Shown here piece by piece: positions 53,171-60,631 of a stretch of DNA of 64,000 bases. Source of the stretch: an uncultured Acidimicrobiales bacterium (GTDB taxonomy: Bacteria; Actinomycetota; Acidimicrobiia; Acidimicrobiales; Hopanoidiivorantaceae); contig OY282367.1 of the NCBI GenBank assembly GCA_958295755.1, positions 655,087-719,086 of the forward strand. Reading direction: 5' to 3'. The notes beneath the pieces are model-generated. The model ran no database searches and was not told the DNA's origin. It worked only from the letters and a program-made list of their open reading frames with translations. The stretch's first letter is position 1; each line of letters begins with the position of its first letter. Position numbers and translations under genes: made by a program.

Positions 53171-54352
53171 TCAAGTCTCTCGGCCGAATAATGCCACAGA
53201 CGTTGTGAAGCCGTGGAGGTAGTTCTTTTGTCCCACAGGACCGATTTCGCCAGCGCACGACATTCCAGCTAGAGGCAAGTCATTTAGCATGTCAGAAATC
53301 AGCCCGGCATCATGGTTGGGTGTGCCGAACATATGAGTGCCCCGCCCGTTGCATGTGAATAGCAAAGCACCCTGAGCGGTTTCATCAGCAAAAGAAGAGC
53401 GCAAATCAGACGTAGCAGTTTCGGCATCGCGCACATGGAACTGGATAGTGTCGCCCACTTCTACCATCCCACCCACAGCAACTGCGCCACTCTCGCGATC
53501 CAGATCTATTATTCCCCTGATGAGAAAATCGCCACCCGTATATTCAAGATGAGATTCATCCACCGCTATGCCCACATGCAGACCCTTGCGCATAAGGCGG
53601 CGTTCTTCGTCGCTGGCGGTCGCTACGAGGTCGCGCAAGCGCATGAGAGCAGGCCTGCCGCCGAGCTCAAGCAGGTGGTTGCCTTCTGCCCTGGTAACGG
53701 TATATGGACTTCCAGTAGGGTGGCAACCCTGCGAGACGATGCTGCGAACGCTAGGAATCTCAGAGACGAGCGCGCCCACAGCACCATCGCTATAAAGATC
53801 ACCGTTCAGCCAAAGCTGGGCTGAGCCGGGGCGTGTAACAGCAGTCGTTAGCCCGCCGACAACGCGGATATCAGGCTGATCTTCGGCCAAGTTAAAAAGT
53901 AAATCCTCGGTTGGGAACGAGAAAGGGTCGGCCAGCAACAAAAGGGTAGTTGCGAGAGGCAAATCCCCGACACTCGGGTCACCGCCCCCACTCTCTCTAG
54001 TATTGCTGCTCTCTCTGGTATTGCTGATCTCTTGAGGATTGCCGCCTGTGAGACGAACCCCCTGAATATGGCCTTCTGATGTCCCCCAGAGGGCCATCGC
54101 TGGCTGGGACTCCACTTCTCTATTTCCGCCAATAACAGTGTCGCTAAGAGTAGCAAGCAGGCACTGCGGTTTGAGGACATCCATCGCCAACTTGGTTATT
54201 TGCTTCATAGCGTCTCTATAAGAAGCAGATGCAAACAGCATCACTAATGTGGGCGTGTCTTCCAAAGTGTCCTGTACTTGGCTAACGACCTCTGCTACTG
54301 CCTCTGGGCCGGAAGGATGCTCAGAAAGAGCTGCTGCATATTTTGCTGTCAT
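53171..54352 (-). CDS. FIST (N+C) domain sensory protein
   Basis: The N-terminus ...LVMLFASASY... and the C-terminus ...ALLFTCNGRGTHMFG...AGMSCAGEIGPVG... match the FIST_N/FIST_C pattern. The gene ends 8 nt before the tkt start. Confidence 0.7.
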   Translation of the reverse strand: MTAKYAAALSEHPSGPEAVAEVVSQVQDTLEDTPTLVMLFASASYRDAMKQITKLAMDVLKPQCLLATLSDTVIGGNREVESQPAMALWGTSEGHIQGVRLTGGNPQEISNTRESSNTRESGGGDPSVGDLPLATTLLLLADPFSFPTEDLLFNLAEDQPDIRVVGGLTTAVTRPGSAQLWLNGDLYSDGAVGALVSEIPSVRSIVSQGCHPTGSPYTVTRAEGNHLLELGGRPALMRLRDLVATASDEERRLMRKGLHVGIAVDESHLEYTGGDFLIRGIIDLDRESGAVAVGGMVEVGDTIQFHVRDAETATSDLRSSFADETAQGALLFTCNGRGTHMFGTPNHDAGLISDMLNDLPLAGMSCAGEIGPVGQKNYLHGFTTSVALFGRET

Positions 54353-54472
54353 AATCTTTCACCTTGTCTTCGCGATTTTATCGGATATTTTAAGTCGCCC
54401 AGATTTTTGCCATTCTTTTGCTTATTTGCCAAAAGGTTAATGTGGCCGAAAGTGATGCGCCTTGCTTGCTGT

Positions 54473-54501
54473 GTTATACCAAATCCCCGCCGTTATACCA
54501 A
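54473..54501. promoter_or_regulatory. 10-bp perfect direct repeat GTTATACCAA x2 (19-bp spacing) in the FIST/dacB divergent region
   Basis: The copies are at 54473-82 and 54492-501. The core GTTATAC also occurs in the 30982/30995 repeat. Confidence 0.25.
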
Positions 54502-54536
54502 CCCCCCCCAAGCAACTTCCAAGGAGGCTTCTAGCA

Positions 54537-56591
54537 TTGAATGAGATGTATCGAATTGTTGTGCCTGTGGTATTGCTGGCTGTGGCTGTGGGGGCTTTTG
54601 TTGCACAAAGCCGAACCCGGCCAGATGAGACCGCCTCGGGAGCAGGAGAAGAGATATTAAATCTGCGGCCTTTGTTGGATACCGCTCGCCTCAGATTCAC
54701 AGATAATGAGGGGGCGGCTCAGCCGGGTGGAGCAACACGTCCGCAAGATGGAAGTGGCAGTGGGGGAGAAGACGGCTCAGAAGGACAAGATCCCACATTT
54801 GTCGGACTGCCTGATGAGATACCTGAACTAGGCGGGTCAAGCGTAGACGAACTTGCCGACCGCCTCAACGAGATCATGGGACGGTTGCCGGCTAGTTATC
54901 GCACTTGTTTTGTGGTGCGAGAGCGGACGAACAATTCTGATAATTCTGGCCGCCAGCAACTAGGCAATATCTTCTTACATAACGCTGAACTTTCGCTGGT
55001 GCCTGCATCCAATATGAAACTGGCCACAGCAGCAGCCGCTCTCCTGCAGCTAGGTCCCGATTATCGCTTGACCACACGAGTGTTGGCTTCACGCCTCCCT
55101 GTAGGAGAAGAGCTATACGGCGATCTGTATCTCGTCGGAGGTGGCGACCCGCTGCTCTACACCTCTGAATATCTCGCAACCTTTGTGAGATTACCATCGG
55201 TATACACCCAAATTGAAGACTTAGCTAAACAAGTTTACGACAGAGGTTTACGAAGGATCAACGGCAGCATCGTGGGCGTTGCCACACGCTATGACGACAG
55301 GCGCATCGCTTCGCAGCTGATATCTGAAGAGTCGTATCAGTATGTGGGACCGCTAAGCGCACTCCTCATCAACGACGGCTATACCAACTACGCGGAGCGG
55401 CGAGATCTAGGGACTTTGCCAACTCCAGCATCCAACCCGACACTATTCACCGCAGCCGAATTCGACGATCTTCTAGAAGCCCTTGACATGGTGATCACCC
55501 AGCGGCCACGCGTGGCAGGTCGCGATGAGAACATCCGCGGCTTTATAGAGATTGCTCGCATTGAGTCGGCACCGCTTTCGGAGTTGCTGTTATCCCTCTT
55601 GACCGACAGCGATAACACGACTGCAGAGTTGTTGATCAAAGAGATTGCCAGTAACCGGGCGGTAGCAGAGCTTCTAGCGCAGCAGCCCGAAGAGCGAGTG
55701 CTGGAGTTACCAGAGGAAGAAGAGACAGGTGATAATGCTGGGGGAGATTCAGGCGATGATGTTGAGGGCAATGCTGGGGGTGAAGCTGGCGGAGCAGGCG
55801 ATAATGCTGAGGCCACTGATGCTGAAGGCGGTGCGAATGCTGCTCCTGAAAATACCGGTGTAGATAAGCCAGTTAGCGTTCAGCAAAGCAGTACAGATAA
55901 TGCGGCTACCTCTTTAGGAAGCATCAGACGGATACAAACAGACGGAGAGGAAACCCAGCAGCAGCCACTAATAATAGACCTCACCAGAGAAACAGAGGTA
56001 GACGAAGAAGGAAATCCTATCCAGCAGCCTGATGAGGGAGAGGGCACTGGGGGAGAAGGCACTGGCTCTGGGGAAGGCGAGGAAGAAGGCCAGGAAGAAG
56101 GCGAAGAGCGCGTTATTCCATCCACCGAAGATCCGGAGGTAACTCCTCTCACCGCAGAGCCGGGCAACACCCAAGCAGGTGTAGAGGCAGTAGCTCAGAT
56201 TTTGACCGATAACGGCATCAACAGCTGGTCGGGAGTTCCACTAGACGGCTCAGGTTTAGACAACCGCAACTTGATGAGCTGCGCCGCAGCAGCCGACATT
56301 TTGGATTTCTTCGGTCCGCGGTCGGATTTTTCCAATGCCCTAGCCAAAGCAGCAGAAACAGGCACCCTGCAAGACAGATTTGCTAATACTTCTCTCGTAG
56401 GTCGCTTGAGAGGCAAGACTGGTTCGCTACCCGGGGTAACCACTCTTTCAGGCTTTATTGATGCTGATGAAAATCGCTCGCTGACTTTTTCTTTCTTCAT
56501 AAACCATGGTTTCACCGCCGCCGACGATGAGCGAGCCTTGCGTACTCAGCAAGAAGCAATGCTGGAGTTAGCTGATTATCTGGATGGCTAA
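54537..56591 (+). CDS. dacB: D-alanyl-D-alanine carboxypeptidase/endopeptidase (PBP4 / S13 family) with large acidic insertion
   Basis: The SxxK motif is ASNMK, SxN is DSDN and KTG is RGKTGS. There is an N-terminal TM/signal segment. The start is either TTG 54537, 9 nt after a GGAGG, or ATG 54546. Confidence 0.75.
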   Translation: MNEMYRIVVPVVLLAVAVGAFVAQSRTRPDETASGAGEEILNLRPLLDTARLRFTDNEGAAQPGGATRPQDGSGSGGEDGSEGQDPTFVGLPDEIPELGGSSVDELADRLNEIMGRLPASYRTCFVVRERTNNSDNSGRQQLGNIFLHNAELSLVPASNMKLATAAAALLQLGPDYRLTTRVLASRLPVGEELYGDLYLVGGGDPLLYTSEYLATFVRLPSVYTQIEDLAKQVYDRGLRRINGSIVGVATRYDDRRIASQLISEESYQYVGPLSALLINDGYTNYAERRDLGTLPTPASNPTLFTAAEFDDLLEALDMVITQRPRVAGRDENIRGFIEIARIESAPLSELLLSLLTDSDNTTAELLIKEIASNRAVAELLAQQPEERVLELPEEEETGDNAGGDSGDDVEGNAGGEAGGAGDNAEATDAEGGANAAPENTGVDKPVSVQQSSTDNAATSLGSIRRIQTDGEETQQQPLIIDLTRETEVDEEGNPIQQPDEGEGTGGEGTGSGEGEEEGQEEGEERVIPSTEDPEVTPLTAEPGNTQAGVEAVAQILTDNGINSWSGVPLDGSGLDNRNLMSCAAAADILDFFGPRSDFSNALAKAAETGTLQDRFANTSLVGRLRGKTGSLPGVTTLSGFIDADENRSLTFSFFINHGFTAADDERALRTQQEAMLELADYLDG

Positions 56592-56624
56592 CTTTGGGGC
56601 AAGGCTACAAGTAAGATAAATCTG

Positions 56625-57035
56625 ATGACTACTTCACAGCAAGAGAAGGTTAAGGAGGGGACTTCACCCTTTGCTGCTATTGCCACTGCCAAGCTGGGCG
56701 AAGAGATGGCAGTTTTGCTGAAAGAATATTTGCTGCAGCAGACGGTCAAGCCGGCAAAGCAACTGCTTCGTTGGGTGCTCTTTGGGCTACTTGGTGCTCT
56801 GCTGTTGCTTGCTGGGGTAGCGATGCTTATGCTTGCTGGGTTGCGGGCATTGCAGGCTCAGACGGGATCTACCTTTACTGGCAGTCTGAGTTGGTTGCCT
56901 TATTTTATTTCCATCGGCGGTATCGGGATTTTGCTGGGTTTGTCGGTTATGGCTATGCGAAAACTACCCTCTGGAGCACCTGATCATGAAGACAAAGATG
57001 CTTCCGATACTACCAATGGCGATAAAACCGACTAA
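56625..57035 (+). CDS. small membrane protein (two TM; possibly actinobacterial Holin-X-like family)
   Basis: At 136 aa it has two long hydrophobic helices (LFGLLGALLLLAGVAMLMLAGL and ISIGGIGILLGLSVMAM). The family assignment is from memory only. Confidence 0.45.
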   Translation: MTTSQQEKVKEGTSPFAAIATAKLGEEMAVLLKEYLLQQTVKPAKQLLRWVLFGLLGALLLLAGVAMLMLAGLRALQAQTGSTFTGSLSWLPYFISIGGIGILLGLSVMAMRKLPSGAPDHEDKDASDTTNGDKTD

Positions 57036-57042
57036 CAGAGAA

Positions 57043-57097
57043 ATCACAGTGAAATCACAGCAGTATCACAGCGAAATCACATCAGAATCACAGAAAG
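57043..57097. repeat. 11-bp phased repeat, ATCACA x5
   Basis: ATCACA starts at 57043, 57054, 57065, 57076 and 57087, an exact 11-bp period. The other five positions of each unit are degenerate. The array lies between a stop at 57035 and a start at 57107. Confidence 0.9.
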
Positions 57098-57106
57098 GTT
57101 GCAGCG

Positions 57107-57322
57107 ATGAAGAATAACGAGACAGAGATCACTCGCGAAGATCTTGTGTCTAAGCTCACAGAACTGCGCGAATCTATGCCGTATCTGGGCGATGAGAACT
57201 CGCCAGTGTCTGAGTCATCTATGAAGGTAGCAGCAGCGGCTATCGGGCTAGCTGCGGTCTATTTTTTCGGATGGCGGCGCGGCAGACGCAATAAGACAGT
57301 CGTGGAGGTGCGGCGCATCTAA
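57107..57322 (+). CDS. small tail-anchored membrane protein (71 aa)
   Basis: A charged N-terminal helix is followed by one C-terminal TM (AAAAIGLAAVYFFGW). It is often paired with the preceding type of gene in actinobacteria, a recollection I cannot verify here. Confidence 0.4.
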   Translation: MKNNETEITREDLVSKLTELRESMPYLGDENSPVSESSMKVAAAAIGLAAVYFFGWRRGRRNKTVVEVRRI

Positions 57323-57365
57323 AGTAGCCAAGGCAAGGTTTTACTGCCCCCAAGAGCAGCGAACA

Positions 57366-58130
57366 GTGAGCGCATTAGAAGCTGGCGAGCTGGTGTTGCT
57401 CATAGATCGCAAGCAGCGTAGGTATCTCATACGGCTCTCTGAAGGTTCTGAGTTTCACACCCACAGCGGTATCGTTCCCCATGATGAGATAATCGGGCAG
57501 CAAGAAGGCACAGAGCTTCGCACAGCCGCAGGTAGCGTTTTCCAAATCTGGCGGCCTACTCTCTCTGACTACATCTTGAAGATGCGCCGGGGGGCGCAAG
57601 TCATCTACCCCAAAGACATCGGCGCGATAGTTATGTATGCCGACATCGCCCCGGGGATGAAAATCTTGGAGACAGGCATAGGCTCAGGTGCTCTCTCACT
57701 TGCTCTGCTTCGTCTGGGGGCAAACATAACCGGCTACGAAATAAGCCAGGAGTTCGCTGACCGAGCGCAGCAAAATGTCGCAGACTTTCTAGGTGCTGAT
57801 GCCCTGGGCCGTTATCACATTGAAATCAGGGATTCATATGAAGGCATAGACGGCACCGACTTCGACCGTGCCATCCTAGACCTCCCCGAACCTTGGCAAG
57901 TAGTGCCTTACGCACGCCATGCTCTAGCACCGGGCGGCATAATCTTGGCATACACTCCTAGCATCACCCAAGCCAGTAAGTTCCGCGAAGCCTGCCAGCA
58001 GCATAATTTCCTAGCCGCTGAAACTATAGAAGTGCTTCATCGCAGCTGGCATATAGAAGGCCAAGCTGTCCGCCCCGACCACCGCATGGTAGCCCACACC
58101 GGCTTCCTAACCAAAGCCCGCCGCGCCTGA
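57366..58130 (+). CDS. trmI: tRNA (adenine58-N1)-methyltransferase
   Basis: The sequence ...RGAQVIYPKDIGAIVMYADIAPGMKILETGIGSGALSLALLR...DLPEPW... is the GCD14/TrmI signature. Its position upstream of mpa matches mycobacteria. Confidence 0.85.
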   Translation: MSALEAGELVLLIDRKQRRYLIRLSEGSEFHTHSGIVPHDEIIGQQEGTELRTAAGSVFQIWRPTLSDYILKMRRGAQVIYPKDIGAIVMYADIAPGMKILETGIGSGALSLALLRLGANITGYEISQEFADRAQQNVADFLGADALGRYHIEIRDSYEGIDGTDFDRAILDLPEPWQVVPYARHALAPGGIILAYTPSITQASKFREACQQHNFLAAETIEVLHRSWHIEGQAVRPDHRMVAHTGFLTKARRA

Positions 58131-58188
58131 TCTAGCTCAGTGCTACGATCAAGGGAAAAGTTGATGTTTGGGAAGGGGGCGAGTTCAG

Positions 58189-58437
58189 CTACTCGGCGAC
58201 CTCTACGAAGATGCATTCGCCGGGGCATTCCTCGGCGGACTCCACGACGGCTTCTATCTGGTCGGCGGGCACTGCCGCAAGACCTTCAACACCGCCTGGG
58301 TCGCTGAAGACCTTGTCGCCCTCCTTGACATAGGCCAGCCCGTCATCTAGGAGGGTGAACACATCGGGGGCGATCTCTTCACAGAGACCGTCGCCCGTGC
58401 AGAGGTCTTGGTCTATCCAAACGGTTACCTTAGCCAT
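58189..58437 (-). CDS. small single-cluster ferredoxin
   Basis: This 82-aa protein carries CTGDGLCEEIAPDVF...ECPGECI, the cysteine pattern of actinobacterial 3Fe-4S/4Fe-4S ferredoxins. Confidence 0.8.
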   Translation of the reverse strand: MAKVTVWIDQDLCTGDGLCEEIAPDVFTLLDDGLAYVKEGDKVFSDPGGVEGLAAVPADQIEAVVESAEECPGECIFVEVAE

Positions 58438-58496
58438 TAGTGCTCCTTGATGGGTGGTGGTGTCTTGGCGGTGATTTTGCTATAGGTCTGGGGTGT

Positions 58497-58538
58497 AAGA
58501 TTATGGTCTTAGATATTAAGATTATGGTCTTAGATATT
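58497..58538. repeat. perfect 21-bp tandem direct repeat x2 in the ferredoxin/mpa divergent region
   Basis: aagattatggtcttagatatt occurs at 58497-58517 and again at 58518-38. It sits in an AT-rich stretch 216 bp upstream of the mpa start. Confidence 0.9.
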
Positions 58539-58753
58539 CAGTATATATACAATGGCTGGTAATGCGGGATATTTTCTTGAAAATAATTTTGGCATCTTCA
58601 GCAAGCTTACATCAGAAACTCACATCAGAAGCATGACTGGTACAAATCTCTTAGCAATCTCTTGACAATCTGCGTGGCGACAGCCAAAGCCGATAAAATA
58701 CCAAAATAGGTGCAAGCCCAAAATAGGTATGAAAGATATAAGCAGGGAAGGCG

Positions 58754-60631
58754 ATGGCTGAGAAACAACCAAAGGAGCGTGAAGCTCCACCAAAAGAAGG
58801 TCAAGCAGACGGCCCAAAAGAAAGCCCAAAAGAAGGCACTGCCAGCAAGCCAGCCAAATCGCAGGCACCGACTGCCACCCCCAAAGTTGCTTCAAAAGCT
58901 ACTCCTAAAGCTGCTCCGAAGTCTGCTCCAAAAGTTCATAGCGTTGAGGAGGGCGCGCCCATCCAAGAGCGTCATGAGCAGCTGCGGGCCGCACGCAAAG
59001 AGATCACTCACCTTCGCGAGCGCAATAACTCTCTCGCCGCTCAGATGGAAGACCTCAGCACTCGCAACAAGAAGCTTGATTACACTCTGCGCGAAGTGCG
59101 AGAGCAAGTGGTGTCGTTGCGAGACGATTTAGAGAAACTACGCCAGCCTCCAGCCGAATATGCCACCGTGCTGGCTGTAAACGAAGACGAGACAGTAGAT
59201 GTCTACAGCCGGGGTCGCAAGATGCGAGTTACAGCCAGTCTCAAAGAAGTCGACTCTCTCGGGCGGGGGATGGAAGTGCTGTTGAACGAGTCGCTCAATA
59301 TCGTGGCTACCCGCGATGTGGAAACCACAGGCACGATAGTCACCCTCCAAGAAATGCTGCCCGACGGGCGAGCCGTTGTGGAAGGGCGCGCAGATGATGT
59401 GCGAGTTGTAGAAATTTCCGAGCATCTGAGCGACAGCGCATTCCACGCTGGCGACACACTGCTGATGGATGTCTACTCAAGCTTGGTTATAGAGCGGCTA
59501 CCGCGCCCCGAAGTGGAAGATTTGTTGCTTTTGGAAGTGCCCGATGTGAGCTATGAAGATGTGGGCGGCTTGGAGAAGCAGATAGAGATGATCGTGGATG
59601 CCGTTGAGCTTCCTTTCTTGCATCCTGACTTGTTTATGGAGCACAAGTTGCCTGCTTCTAAAGGCGTGCTACTCTACGGGCCGCCAGGTTGTGGCAAAAC
59701 TCTCATCGCCAAGGCAGTAGCTAACTCTCTGGCTAAAAAGCTCGCAGAATCCACCGATAACACCAAAGCCAGCAGCTACTTCTTCAACATCAAAGGCCCC
59801 GAGCTACTCAACAAATATGTCGGCGAGACAGAACGCCAGATACGCCTCATCTTCCAACGAGCCCGAGAAAAATCCGAAGAGGGTTGGCCTGTGATCGTGT
59901 TCTTTGACGAGATGGAGTCGCTGTTTCGCACCAGAGGCACAGGCATTAGCTCAGATGTAGAAGCCACCATCGTGCCTCAGCTGCTAGCTGAGATAGACGG
60001 AGTAGAGACCCTGCGAAATGTCATCGTCATTGGAGCGTCCAACCGTGAAGACCTGGTCGACCCGGCTATCTTGCGCCCGGGCCGTTTTGATATCAAGATC
60101 AAGATAGATCGACCCGACCGCGAAGCCGCAGCTGCCATTTTCTCGCGCTACCTCACGCCCGACTTGCCAATAGCTGAGACAGAGATAGCAGCCCTCGGTG
60201 GCGGAGATGTGCATCGAACTGCCGAAGTGATGATATCTGAAGCCCTAAACGCTATGTATTCGGAAGAGCCTGCTACAGAGTTTTTGGAAGTTACTTATCG
60301 CAACGGCGACAAAGAGACGATGTATTTCAAAGACTTCGCCTCCGGTGCCATGATTGAAAGCATCGTGCGAAGAGCCAAGCAGTTGGCTATCAAGCGATAC
60401 TTAGCAGGCGAGACAAAAGGTATCTGTAAAGCCGACCTCATTGAGGCTGTGGCACGGGAATTCACCGAGCACGAAGACTTGCCCAATACCACCAACCCCG
60501 ATGACTGGGCCAAGATCTCTGGCAAGAAGGGCGAACCCATCGTCTATGTGCGCACCTTGATGAAACAGCAAGAGAGCGCATCTGGCGGCCGTTCCATAGA
60601 AGGCGTTGCTAGCAAAGCCCAATATTTCTAG
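58754..60631 (+). CDS. mpa: proteasome-associated AAA+ ATPase Mpa/ARC
   Basis: The layout is coiled-coil, then OB domains (...[15 protein letters not shown]...), then the AAA module (GPPGCGKT and [10 protein letters not shown]). The C-terminus is ...KAQYF. A GGGAAGG RBS is present. The N-terminus carries a K/P/A-rich extension. Confidence 0.9.
   Translation: MAEKQPKEREAPPKEGQADGPKESPKEGTASKPAKSQAPTATPKVASKATPKAAPKSAPKVHSVEEGAPIQERHEQLRAARKEITHLRERNNSLAAQMEDLSTRNKKLDYTLREVREQVVSLRDDLEKLRQPPAEYATVLAVNEDETVDVYSRGRKMRVTASLKEVDSLGRGMEVLLNESLNIVATRDVETTGTIVTLQEMLPDGRAVVEGRADDVRVVEISEHLSDSAFHAGDTLLMDVYSSLVIERLPRPEVEDLLLLEVPDVSYEDVGGLEKQIEMIVDAVELPFLHPDLFMEHKLPASKGVLLYGPPGCGKTLIAKAVANSLAKKLAESTDNTKASSYFFNIKGPELLNKYVGETERQIRLIFQRAREKSEEGWPVIVFFDEMESLFRTRGTGISSDVEATIVPQLLAEIDGVETLRNVIVIGASNREDLVDPAILRPGRFDIKIKIDRPDREAAAAIFSRYLTPDLPIAETEIAALGGGDVHRTAEVMISEALNAMYSEEPATEFLEVTYRNGDKETMYFKDFASGAMIESIVRRAKQLAIKRYLAGETKGICKADLIEAVAREFTEHEDLPNTTNPDDWAKISGKKGEPIVYVRTLMKQQESASGGRSIEGVASKAQYF

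Noticed and set aside
56625-57322. A holin-like small membrane protein pair as evidence of a prophage or lysis cassette.
   Set aside because: There is no endolysin, terminase, capsid or integrase nearby. Such small membrane protein pairs are common chromosomal genes in actinobacteria, and the family assignment itself is weak.
58128-58151. The hairpin TGATCTAGC-tcagt-GCTAcGATCA between convergent trmI and the ferredoxin, as a bidirectional terminator.
   Set aside because: The stem is short and bulged, and it is not followed by a U-tract on either strand. It overlaps the trmI stop codon. The evidence is too weak to annotate.
58620-58895. A 91-aa hydrophobic ORF on the minus strand in the mpa upstream region and 5' end.
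   Set aside because: It overlaps the well-supported mpa start and its K/P/A-rich extension in antisense. It has no RBS, and its Leu/Trp-rich composition is what the antisense of AAG/CCA-rich sequence gives.
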